DNA of 27,641 nucleotides, taken from positions 1 to 27,641 of IMG/VR virus record IMGVR_UViG_3300037484_000607, one strand, 5' to 3'. The position numbers and the translations under genes are program-made. The notes beneath the pieces were generated by a model. The model did no database searches, was not told the DNA's origin, and worked only from the letters and a program-made list of their open reading frames with translations. Below, piece by piece: positions 17,325 to 25,548 of the stretch. This stretch comes from a virus. Lineage: Duplodnaviria; Caudoviricetes. Numbering within the stretch: the first letter of the stretch is position 1; each line of letters begins with the position of its first letter.

Positions 17325-20032
17325 CGATCAACGAGGTGCCGTACGCGCCGATCGTGCGGATCCACCCCGGCGGCAGCCCGGCCGACGCGGCGTCCTGGGG
17401 TCCCGGCGTCGACATCTCGGACAAGATCCGCTACCCCGGGTCCGAGGGCGGCCAGGCGATCAGCTACCAGGCCGGCCGGCCGGACCGGGCGTCCCGGGTC
17501 GACCCCGGCCAGATGAACCTGACCCTCGACAACACCGACGGCCGGTTCTCCACCGCGAACGTCCTCGGCCCGTACTACGGGCAGCTGAAACGCGGCACCC
17601 CGATCACCCTCGGCCTGATGTCCGGTGAGGACGACTTCTCCCGGACCGTGTCCGGCGGGCTCGGCACGTCGTCCGGCGGCGGCGTGTGGTCGACCTCGGC
17701 GGTCTGGTCAACCGATGGCAGCAGCGGCCAGGCGTCGTTCGCCGCGGCCAACTCGGCGTCGTCGATCACACTGGCCGACGCGGACGCGGCGAACCTCGAC
17801 GGCCGGCTCACCGTGTGGCCGACCGTCGCAGCTACCGGCGCGGCCCTGGTCTACGGCGTCCGCGCCCGGGTCACCGACAGCTCTAACTTCCTGATGCTGA
17901 GCATCGAGTTCTCCACCGGCGGCGCCGTGGACCTGAAGATCCGGCGCGGTCTCGCGGGGGTCTTCACCACCCTGGCCACCTCGGCCGGTTTCGGCACGTA
18001 CTCCGCCAACGACAAGTGGCGGATCCGGTGGCAGTGCGACGGCCCGTCGCTGCGGCTCAAGGCCTGGGCGCCGTCGAACCCGGCGACCCCGGACGCCGAC
18101 GAGCCGGACGCGTGGTCGCTGACCACGACCGACTCGCTGATGACCGACGCCGGGGTGGGCCTGTACTTCTGGCGAGTGTCCGGGAACACCAACGCCGGGA
18201 CCGTCGACTTCAAGCTCGACGACTACCAGTTGGAGGCCACCGAGTTCGTCGGGTCGGTGATCAAGTGGCCGGTGAACTGGGACCTGTCCGGCAACGTGTG
18301 CTGGGCGGCGATCCAGGCCGCGGGTTCCCTGCGCCGGCTCCAGCAGGGCTCCGGCAGGTTGCAGTCCCCGCTGCGGCGCCAGCTCGGCGCGTACTCACCG
18401 TCCGGTTTCTGGCCGCTGGAAGACGGTGCCACGGCGACGTCGTTCGCCAACGCGGCCAACGGCCAGCCCGCGACGTTCGACCAGGTGACCCCCGGCGCCA
18501 GTTCCGACCTGCCCGGTAGCTTCACCGTGGCGACCTTCGCCGCCGACACGTCGTCGATCGTCGGCCGGACCGGCAGCAGCACGGCAGGCCAGACCGGCTT
18601 CAGCGCCATGTGGCTGATGAAACTCAGCTCGCTACCCGGCGCCAGCACCCTGGTGGCCCGGATCCGCGCGACGGGCCGGCTGACCAAGTGGGAGATCCTC
18701 GCCGACGCGACGACGTTCACCGTGAACGGCTACGAGGGCGGCGACCCTACGCCGGTGGTCAGCGTCACGAACCTGTTCGGCGTCGACCCCACTTCCTGGT
18801 TCGCCTGCCAGCTCGAGACTGAGGTGTCCGGCGGGACGACGGATTGGGCGTTCATCACCCACACGGTCGGGTCGGTGACCTACTACGCCCAGTCCGGCTC
18901 CTACAGCTCGTCCGACGCGTCGGTGGCGACGTACATGCGCCTCGGTGGGACCCTGCTGTCCGGCGCGTCCTGGTCGATGATGTGGTTGGGCCCGAACACC
19001 CTGCCGTTCGTCACCGACAGTTTCTCGCTGGTCTCGAACGGGTATGCCGGTGAGCTTGCCTCCGACCGGGCCGACAGGGTCGCCGGTGAGGCCGGCATCC
19101 CGATCGTGATCGAGCCCGGCGACTCCGAGGCGATGGGCGCGCAGACCGAGTCGACCGCTCTGGATGTGCTGCGTTCGTGCGAGACCACCGACTACGGCAT
19201 CTTGTACGAGGTCGGCTCGGCGGCGGGGTTCCGACCGCGGACGGCCCGGTACAACCCGACCAGCGTGGTCACCCTGACGGTGGCCGCGGGGCAGATCTCC
19301 GACGCGCCGGAGGCTGTGCTCGACGACCAGAACCTACGCAACGTGTGGACGGCTTCCCGCCCGGGCGGCTCGGACGCCACGGTGGAGAACGCCGAGTCGG
19401 TCGCGGCCGAGGGTGAGATCGCCAGCTCGGAAACGGTCAACGTGGCAACCGACGACGTGTTGCCGAACCATGCCGGGTGGCGCACCTACCTCGGCACGCA
19501 GGAAGTCCTGCGGTGGCCGTCCATGGTGATCGACCTGGCCCGTAATCCGGCCCTGCTGCCGTTCTGGCGGTCGGCCCGGTACGGGTTCCGGTTCGCGGTC
19601 ACGACCGGCCTCGCGCAGGTCACCGGGGCCGAGCCGGATGTCATCGCCGAGGGACATCAGGTCAGCCTGTGGCCGCACGGCTTCAAGGTCACCCTGAACT
19701 GCTCCGGCGCCGCACCGTGGGATGTGGCGGTCATCGAGTCCTCCACCACCCCGGTGCGCCTCGACACCGCCGGGTGCGAGCTGGCGAGCGGGGTGGACGA
19801 GACGGACACCTCGTGGACGGCCGACACCACCGAAGGCCCGGCCTGGAATCCGTCCACCACGTTCCCGATCCTCATGGCCTGCGAGGGCGAAGTGGTCAGC
19901 GTCGCCTCGATCACCGGGGCAGGCCCGTCCGGGCAGGTCCTCGCGGTCACCCGCAGCGTCAACGGGGTCGTCAAGGCCCACGACGCCGGGGCTGCGGTCT
20001 CTCTGGCCTACCCGTCACGACTGGCTCTGTAG
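17321..20032 (+). CDS. Large minor tail / tail-tip hub protein with inserted lectin-like (LamG-type) beta domains
   Basis: GTGA overlap with TMP. LTLDNTDGRFS, FWPLEDG and VTRSVNGVVKAH motifs typical of actinophage minor tail proteins. Confidence 0.75.
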   Translation: MTINEVPYAPIVRIHPGGSPADAASWGPGVDISDKIRYPGSEGGQAISYQAGRPDRASRVDPGQMNLTLDNTDGRFSTANVLGPYYGQLKRGTPITLGLMSGEDDFSRTVSGGLGTSSGGGVWSTSAVWSTDGSSGQASFAAANSASSITLADADAANLDGRLTVWPTVAATGAALVYGVRARVTDSSNFLMLSIEFSTGGAVDLKIRRGLAGVFTTLATSAGFGTYSANDKWRIRWQCDGPSLRLKAWAPSNPATPDADEPDAWSLTTTDSLMTDAGVGLYFWRVSGNTNAGTVDFKLDDYQLEATEFVGSVIKWPVNWDLSGNVCWAAIQAAGSLRRLQQGSGRLQSPLRRQLGAYSPSGFWPLEDGATATSFANAANGQPATFDQVTPGASSDLPGSFTVATFAADTSSIVGRTGSSTAGQTGFSAMWLMKLSSLPGASTLVARIRATGRLTKWEILADATTFTVNGYEGGDPTPVVSVTNLFGVDPTSWFACQLETEVSGGTTDWAFITHTVGSVTYYAQSGSYSSSDASVATYMRLGGTLLSGASWSMMWLGPNTLPFVTDSFSLVSNGYAGELASDRADRVAGEAGIPIVIEPGDSEAMGAQTESTALDVLRSCETTDYGILYEVGSAAGFRPRTARYNPTSVVTLTVAAGQISDAPEAVLDDQNLRNVWTASRPGGSDATVENAESVAAEGEIASSETVNVATDDVLPNHAGWRTYLGTQEVLRWPSMVIDLARNPALLPFWRSARYGFRFAVTTGLAQVTGAEPDVIAEGHQVSLWPHGFKVTLNCSGAAPWDVAVIESSTTPVRLDTAGCELASGVDETDTSWTADTTEGPAWNPSTTFPILMACEGEVVSVASITGAGPSGQVLAVTRSVNGVVKAHDAGAAVSLAYPSRLAL

Positions 20033-20040
20033 GAGACCTC

Positions 20041-20475
20041 ATGGCATTCCTCGCAGGCGACCTGCTGACGGCTCAGCGCGCCAACCGGCTACAGCCGAAG
20101 TTCTACAACGACGAGGCGTCGGGGACCCTCGCCGCGTCCAGCACCAACGTCGACGTGCCCGGCGTGAGCATCGCGTTCACGACGGAGACGGACGGTGCGA
20201 CGGTGCACTGCTCGTGGTCGAGCGACTTCGACCTGACGGGTTCGACGACGACGTTGGGCTCGACGCGGCTGCTGCTCGACGGTGTGACCGGGTCCAGCAC
20301 GTTCGCGACGATCCAGCAGGGGATCACCACCGACCGGGCGTCCGTCGCGCAGTTCTGCTCGTTCACGATCCCGACGGCGGGGGCGCACACGATCAAGATG
20401 CAGGGCACCACGCCCGCGAACATGATCGTCAACCTGTACACGGCCTTGAACATCATCGTGTTCGAGATCGTCTGA
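20041..20475 (+). CDS. Minor tail protein
   Basis: AGGAG RBS then ATG 20041 (MAFLAGDLLTAQRAN), not the track's 19669 start. Beta-rich. Confidence 0.7.
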   Translation: MAFLAGDLLTAQRANRLQPKFYNDEASGTLAASSTNVDVPGVSIAFTTETDGATVHCSWSSDFDLTGSTTTLGSTRLLLDGVTGSSTFATIQQGITTDRASVAQFCSFTIPTAGAHTIKMQGTTPANMIVNLYTALNIIVFEIV

Positions 20476-20486
20476 GGAGGCTAGCC

Positions 20487-21371
20487 ATGGCGAAGAGCAG
20501 CGAATACCCCGACCTGACGTGGGTGGAGCCGCGCGCGTGGGGCCGGGGCCGTGACGGCAAGGCTGTGCGGTACATCGTGATCCACTACACCGCCGGGTCC
20601 GAGCGGGCGACGTCGGCGGAGGACGGTGCCCGCTACAACCAGACCCGCACCGACGGCACGTCGGCGCACTACTTCGTCGACCGCGACAGCGTCGTGCAGG
20701 GCGTCCTGACCCGGGACCGGGCGAACTGCGCGCGGCACCGCGGCAACCGGCTGGGAATCCAGTACGAGCTGTGCGGTACCGCGCAGACCCGGGCGCAGTG
20801 GCTCGACGCGGCGTCGCTGCCGACGTTGCGCAACGCCGCGAGGCAGGCGGCCCGGGACTGCCGCAAGTACAACATCCCGGTGCGCCGGCTGACGGTCGAT
20901 CAGACCCGCAAGGCCTGGACGGACTTCCCGGCCGGCCCGCGGGGGTTCGTTGGGCACGTCGACTGCACGTACGCCTATCCGGAAGACGGCGGCGATCACA
21001 CCGACCCCGGGACCGGGTTCCCGTGGGACATCTTCCTCGACATGGTGCGGGACGAGCTCGCGCCGCCGGCACCGAAGGAGTGGGACGAGATGGCAACGAA
21101 GGCGGAAGTGCAGGACGCGGCGAAGGCCGGTGCGCTGGCGGCGTTGCAGCAGCCGGTGCCGTACATCTTGCCCCGGATCAAGGCCCGGGGCTGGGCGGAC
21201 CTGTCGGTCAACGGCAAGCTCGACTACCTGTTCGAGGGCATCGCCGCCGCGCAGCCCACGGACGTCGACGACGACGGCGACCTGGACGGCAACAGCGTGC
21301 AGGCGCGGCTGACCCGCGTCGAGACCGCCCTGGCGGAGATCAAGACGCTGCTGACCCCGCCGGTGGCATGA
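20487..21371 (+). CDS. Endolysin, N-acetylmuramoyl-L-alanine amidase (Amidase_2-like)
   Basis: GAGGAGG RBS then ATG 20487. Motifs IVIHYTAG, SAHYFVD, GIQYELCG, FVGHVD, HTDPG..FPW. Confidence 0.9.
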   Translation: MAKSSEYPDLTWVEPRAWGRGRDGKAVRYIVIHYTAGSERATSAEDGARYNQTRTDGTSAHYFVDRDSVVQGVLTRDRANCARHRGNRLGIQYELCGTAQTRAQWLDAASLPTLRNAARQAARDCRKYNIPVRRLTVDQTRKAWTDFPAGPRGFVGHVDCTYAYPEDGGDHTDPGTGFPWDIFLDMVRDELAPPAPKEWDEMATKAEVQDAAKAGALAALQQPVPYILPRIKARGWADLSVNGKLDYLFEGIAAAQPTDVDDDGDLDGNSVQARLTRVETALAEIKTLLTPPVA

Positions 21372-21706
21372 CCGACCAGCTCATCGAGCTCGGCAAGGTC
21401 GCCGCCGCGGTGGTGGCCCTGTCTGGTCTCGTCGTCCTACTCGTGAAGGCGGTACGCGGCATGTTCCGTACGGTGCGCAGGCTGGGCAGGCTGACCGACG
21501 AGGTCCTCGGCGACGACGACCGGCCGGGCTGGGGTAAGCGGCTGGCGGCGATCGAGCAGGACGTGACCGGGCTGAAGGCGAAGGTCACGCAGGTGCTCGG
21601 CGAGGTCCGGCCGAACGGTGGGGGCTCGCTGAAGGATCAGATCACGCGGATCGAGGAGGCGACCGGGGCGACCCGGGACGAGCCACCGCCGCACCAGACC
21701 AGATGA
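21368..21706 (+). CDS. Membrane-anchored coiled-coil protein of the lysis cassette (holin-associated)
   Basis: ATGA overlap, one N-terminal TM segment, coiled coil, PNGGGSLKD motif common in actinophage lysis regions. Confidence 0.7.
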   Translation: MTDQLIELGKVAAAVVALSGLVVLLVKAVRGMFRTVRRLGRLTDEVLGDDDRPGWGKRLAAIEQDVTGLKAKVTQVLGEVRPNGGGSLKDQITRIEEATGATRDEPPPHQTR

Positions 21707-21741
21707 CCAGATCATCTATCCACCCGCCCAAGGAGGGCACC

Positions 21742-21969
21742 ATGTCCGACGTCACGGCAAAGATCATCTGCCAGACCAAGCAGGAGGCGGGCGACGGCGA
21801 CGACCGCACGGTCAACGTCAGCTTCGTCCCCGACTACAACGACGGCCGCAACAAGGAGTGGGCACGCTACACGCCCGGCCTGTCGCTAACGATGGGCCTC
21901 AAGGGCGCCGTCGCCGACCGGTTCGAGGTGGGCAAGGCGTACACGCTCACCTTCGCCGAGGAGGGCTGA
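21742..21969 (+). CDS. Small conserved hypothetical protein
   Basis: AAGGAGG RBS before ATG 21742. VTAKIIC...NKEWARYTP...FEVGKAYTLTF pattern. Confidence 0.75.
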   Translation: MSDVTAKIICQTKQEAGDGDDRTVNVSFVPDYNDGRNKEWARYTPGLSLTMGLKGAVADRFEVGKAYTLTFAEEG

Positions 21970-21971
21970 CC

Positions 21972-22154
21972 ATGCTCGCGAGAGTCCGCAAGGCCGTCAT
22001 CGCCGGGCTCAGCGCCGGTGTGTCGGTGGCCGTCGGCGCCATCGTCACCGCCGGGTCGCTCGACCGGGAGCAGGTGTCCAAGGCCATCGGCGCGGGCGTC
22101 GCCGCCGCTGTCGTCGCGGGCTGGGCGACCTGGAAAGTGCCGAACGAGGCGTGA
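21972..22154 (+). CDS. Putative holin (60 aa, two TM segments)
   Basis: GAGGAGGG RBS, ATG 21972. RKAVIAG plus two hydrophobic helices and a terminal W.VPN, typical of small actinophage holins. Confidence 0.7.
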   Translation: MLARVRKAVIAGLSAGVSVAVGAIVTAGSLDREQVSKAIGAGVAAAVVAGWATWKVPNEA

Positions 22155-22198
22155 CGCCGTAGCCTGACGGCGCAGCCCGCCGAAGCAGCAAGCCCCGC

Positions 22199-22236
22199 AC
22201 CGCCTCCTTGACCTTCGGGTCGAGGAGGCGGTTTTT
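22199..22236 (+). terminator. Intrinsic terminator ending the late operon
   Basis: Stem ACCGCCTCCTTGACC / GGTCGAGGAGGCGGT, TTCG tetraloop, then a T-run. Lies between convergent genes. Confidence 0.9.
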
Positions 22237-22243
22237 GTCGTGC

Positions 22244-23779
22244 TCAGCTGACTGTGGCCGCGCCGTGGTTCAGCACCCGCCACCGGAACGGGTAGAAACC
22301 CGCGTGGAAGGTGCCGGCACCCGCACTCTTCACCGCGAAGCAGGCGGTGACGTTCCCGCCGTTGATGTCGCCGGACTCGGCCACGAAGTCGAAGACGGTG
22401 CCGGTCCGGGGGAACGCCGTGTCGTGGTACAGGGAGCCGTCGCCTTCGGTGGCCGGGGTGCCGGTACCGCTGGAGCCGAACCGGACCAGGCTGGCGCCGT
22501 TGAGCACGGCCAGGTCGTAGAAGGTGGCGCTGTCCTTGGTCATCAGCAGGGCCAGGATCTCGATCGAGATGTAGTCGCCCACCGCCGCCGGGATCGCCAG
22601 CGTGGGACCGCCGGTCAACGCCGCCCAGGCGCCCGCGGTGTTCTGCGGGGTGATGTTCCCGGACGAGACGACCGCACGCTTCACCACCAGGGAGCTGCCG
22701 CCTACGCCGTCGAGAACCGTGATACCGCCGCTGGGGTTGATGTACTTCAGCGCCCCGGACTCGACATACAGGACGCCGCCGCCGGTCGGGGTCGCCGGGG
22801 CGGCACTGTTGCCGACCTTCACGCCGCCGTCCGGGAGGCACTCGGCCCGCACGTAGTAGTCCACGCCGTCGTAGTGGACGAACCTCACGGAGCCGACACC
22901 CGGGGAGCCCGCCCCGTAGACGAACGACGCCCCGCCGGGCCGGGTGCTGTGGTCGTCCTTGTACAGCTCCAGGCCGGCACCGTCGACGGTGCCGCTGAAG
23001 CCGGCGTCCATCCGCGAGGCGCCAGCCTCAGCCACCACGCCACCGTTGGCCAGGCTGAAACCGGCACCGCCGGTGGTGGCCATCGCCCCGATCGCCGTCC
23101 GCCCCGCCGCCGCGTCCGCCGCGGTCACCACGGCCCGCCCAGTGGTTGTGCTGTCGGAGATGTCCGTCGCGGTGAACGTGTCCCACTGCAATCCGGTGGC
23201 CTGTCCGCTGGCCGCCGTCAGGTATTGCCCGTTGGTGCCAACCGCAAGCCGGGCCACCGTGTCGGCGGCGGTCGCGGCGATCAGGTCGCCCTTGGCGTTG
23301 ACGATCGTCTCCGGGATGGCACCACCCGCGCCGATCTTGTTACCGGCGGCGTCGATCACGTCCCCGTCGACGTCCAGGCCGGCCACACCGCCGGCGGCGC
23401 TGCGCAGCGACAGCGGCATGTAGGTGACGCCCGCGGTCACCGTGCCACCGAGGTCGATCCGGTCGGCCAGGTCGAAGGTGCCACCCGCGTACGGGACCGT
23501 CAGCGTGCCGGTCACGGACGTGTCGCCGTAGGTCAACGTCACCGCGTACGACCAGTCGACGGGCGTCCACGCCGGATCGTCGGTGGCCGGCAGGTCGATG
23601 CTGAACGTGCCGTCGGCGGCGACCACGGCGTACCGGGTGAACGCCGGCCACAACGCGTTCGCGGCCGGCCCGACCGCCCAGTCCGCCGCGACGAACTTCA
23701 CGGTCACAGGCTGCCCGTCGGGCACCCCGGAGACCTCACCGGTCACGGTCACCTGGGTCACGCCTGCGGGAAATGGCAT
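22244..23779 (-). CDS. Tail-fibre / receptor-binding-like protein on the opposite strand
   Basis: N-terminal FSIDLPATDDP...WSYAV domain, fibre-type motifs (GGVAGLDVDG, AKGDLIAATAADTVARLAVGTNGQ, ATDISDSTTTGRAVV), C-terminal beta domain. ATG 23779 preferred over TTG 23785. Confidence 0.7.
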   Translation of the reverse strand: MPFPAGVTQVTVTGEVSGVPDGQPVTVKFVAADWAVGPAANALWPAFTRYAVVAADGTFSIDLPATDDPAWTPVDWSYAVTLTYGDTSVTGTLTVPYAGGTFDLADRIDLGGTVTAGVTYMPLSLRSAAGGVAGLDVDGDVIDAAGNKIGAGGAIPETIVNAKGDLIAATAADTVARLAVGTNGQYLTAASGQATGLQWDTFTATDISDSTTTGRAVVTAADAAAGRTAIGAMATTGGAGFSLANGGVVAEAGASRMDAGFSGTVDGAGLELYKDDHSTRPGGASFVYGAGSPGVGSVRFVHYDGVDYYVRAECLPDGGVKVGNSAAPATPTGGGVLYVESGALKYINPSGGITVLDGVGGSSLVVKRAVVSSGNITPQNTAGAWAALTGGPTLAIPAAVGDYISIEILALLMTKDSATFYDLAVLNGASLVRFGSSGTGTPATEGDGSLYHDTAFPRTGTVFDFVAESGDINGGNVTACFAVKSAGAGTFHAGFYPFRWRVLNHGAATVS

Positions 23780-23785
23780 GCTCAA

Positions 23786-23791
23786 AGGCTA
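23786..23791 (-). promoter_or_regulatory. Candidate -10 box (TAGCCT) for leaderless expression of the fibre-like gene
   Basis: TAnnnT hexamer 6 nt before ATG 23779. No SD and no convincing -35. Confidence 0.45.
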
Positions 23792-23818
23792 CGCCGAGGC
23801 AGGCCGTAGATCGACTGG

Positions 23819-24361
23819 TCAGGCCTTCGTGATGACGACGTCCATGCCGTCGTCGGGGTGGTACGACCACGACGCCGAGAAGCCTGGCCAGGTGTCCGTC
23901 TGCCGGCCGTCGAGCGCCCGCGTGGCGAACATGTGCGCCCTCACCGACTCCGGCATACCCAGTTCTTTGACGATGCATTCGAGGCCGGTGACGGGGAGTC
24001 CAGCGGCGTCTTCGCCCCACCCGTCGATGATCAGCGTCTTGCCGCCGTCGGCGATCTTCGTGCCCTCCTGGAACTCGTCGCACCTACGCTGCGCCGACTT
24101 GAACGGCGATGCGCTGGCCGCCTGCTCCTGCTCCCACGCCGAGGGCGCCGCGGTCTGCTTCGAGTCTGCGTTCCGGAGGAGGAGCACGCCGCCGAGGCCG
24201 GCGACCAGAAGGACGGCGAGCACCCCGGCGGCGACCAGCCACGGCATGCTCGACTTCTTCGGCGGCGGCGACGGCTCGCTGAACGGGTCCATCGCGTAGC
24301 TCGGGTTCGGCGGCCAGACCTGGCCGGATTGCTGACCGGGGACGATGGGCGGTTGCGTCAT
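23819..24361 (-). CDS. Single-pass membrane protein with an extracytoplasmic domain
   Basis: Pro-rich N-terminus, KK then TM (WLVAAGVLAVLLVAGLGGVLLL), two Cys, TRALDGRQ...WSYHPDDG. Confidence 0.75.
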   Translation of the reverse strand: MTQPPIVPGQQSGQVWPPNPSYAMDPFSEPSPPPKKSSMPWLVAAGVLAVLLVAGLGGVLLLRNADSKQTAAPSAWEQEQAASASPFKSAQRRCDEFQEGTKIADGGKTLIIDGWGEDAAGLPVTGLECIVKELGMPESVRAHMFATRALDGRQTDTWPGFSASWSYHPDDGMDVVITKA

Positions 24362-24478
24362 GGGAGTCCCCAGTGTGATCGGGTGACGAGGCCATCACAG
24401 GGTGCACGTCGCACGCTAGGGCGTCGAGGGCTGGGGGCGACGACTCGGATGATCGGCGCCGCACTGTGGACGGTCGGC

Positions 24479-24685
24479 CTACTCCCCCTCGGGTTCCTCG
24501 GCCAGTGCGGGCCGGTGCACCGCGATCCACGCCTCGACGTCCTCGACCTGCCAGATGCTGCCCATGGCGAGGGTCTGGTACGGCGCGGGGAAGTCCCGGT
24601 CGCGGGTGAGCTGGTAGACGCGGTTCCGGCCGACGCCGAGCCGTGCTCCGATCTCGGCGGCACCCATGAACCTGATCTTGTGCAT
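24479..24685 (-). CDS. AlpA/excisionase-like small HTH regulator
   Basis: MGAAEIGARLGVGRNRVYQL...DFPAP...IWQVEDVEAW. Probable leaderless ATG at 24685. Confidence 0.8.
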   Translation of the reverse strand: MHKIRFMGAAEIGARLGVGRNRVYQLTRDRDFPAPYQTLAMGSIWQVEDVEAWIAVHRPALAEEPEGE

Positions 24686-24688
24686 AGA

Positions 24689-24780
24689 GCGCACGTTACG
24701 TGCGCGTTCACTAGTCTGTGCCTCTTTGGGTGTTCTCAGTGCGCACGCTCTGTGCTTGCTCTCTAATCAGGTGTAACGTC
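24689..24780. promoter_or_regulatory. Divergent promoter region with palindromic operator
   Basis: Perfect IR GCGCACGT-T-ACGTGCGC (24689-24705) over a minus-strand TAACGT. A second TAACGT lies on + at 24774-24779. TC(T/A)GTGC repeats at 24715, 24736, 24749. Confidence 0.55.
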
Positions 24781-24858
24781 GCCCCTCGCAGGTGGCGGTC
24801 GGCTGCCATCCCCGTTCGGCCCGGCCGCCGCCTTGCCAAGCCGGAGAGGAGACGGCCG

Positions 24859-25023
24859 ATGCGCGACGACGAAGAGCCGGCGGCGGCGGACGACGTTGAG
24901 GACGTCGACCCCGATCTGGAGCCGGTGCCCCGCTCGGTCATGCGGGAGTTGCTCACGCCCGACGAGATACGCCACCTCGAGGTGGCCGAGGGCCGCTGGT
25001 TCCTGCCCGGCCTGCCGCCGTGA
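24859..25023 (+). CDS. Small acidic hypothetical protein (54 aa)
   Basis: GAGGAG RBS before ATG 24859. Confidence 0.6.
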   Translation: MRDDEEPAAADDVEDVDPDLEPVPRSVMRELLTPDEIRHLEVAEGRWFLPGLPP

Positions 25024-25235
25024 CACACAACCGCCGCTTCGGTGACACGACCGGGGCGGGCGTGTTCGTGAACGGCGACCGCCGTTCGGGTGATGTCGGC
25101 ATGACCGAACGCACGGGTAGGTAGCCCTCGGCCCACTGACCGTTACGGCAATGTGCAAGTTGCACGTCAGCGGCTTTAGTGAATCTTGCTCACGATTACC
25201 GCGAGCGAGTCTCACCGAACGGGGGAACCACCACC

Positions 25236-25547
25236 GTGCCGACCGCCATCGACGCCGTCATCTACGTGCCCACCGCCCTGCTGTCCACCGACGCCTACAC
25301 CGACGCCCTCGCCCGCTGCCACGCCTACTGCACCCGCTGCGGCTACACCGTCATCGGTATCGCCCGCACCTGGGAAGAGGTCGAGGAGGCGTACGCGCGC
25401 CGGGACATCGGCGTCCTGGTCGTCGACCGGCACGACCACCTTGACCCGAATCGGGAACCCCGGATCGAGGTGGTCGCCGCCACCGAACATGTCGCGGTTG
25501 ACCCACTGGCCCGGCGCTCGCGTCGCCGCCGGCCCCGGATCGTCTGA
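25236..25547 (+). CDS. Degenerate serine-recombinase (resolvase) catalytic-domain-like protein
   Basis: GGGGGA RBS plus GTG. AVIY...C.AYC...GYTVIG...VLVVDRHDHL follows the resolvase N-terminal pattern but lacks YxRxS and DRL. Confidence 0.5.
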   Translation: MPTAIDAVIYVPTALLSTDAYTDALARCHAYCTRCGYTVIGIARTWEEVEEAYARRDIGVLVVDRHDHLDPNREPRIEVVAATEHVAVDPLARRSRRRRPRIV

Positions 25548-25548
25548 C

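Noticed and set aside
19669-21367. ORF-track long versions 19669-20475, 19722-21371 and 20771-21706
   Set aside because: The upstream extensions overlap real genes. RBS or overlap evidence supports starts at 20041, 20487 and 21368.
22158-23793. Inverted 8-mer CGTAGCCT / AGGCTACG flanking the reverse-strand fibre gene, as invertase sites
   Set aside because: Only 8 bp (9/10 extended), no internal dyad, and the right copy is explained as a -10 box. Inverted-orientation reads would be needed to revive it.
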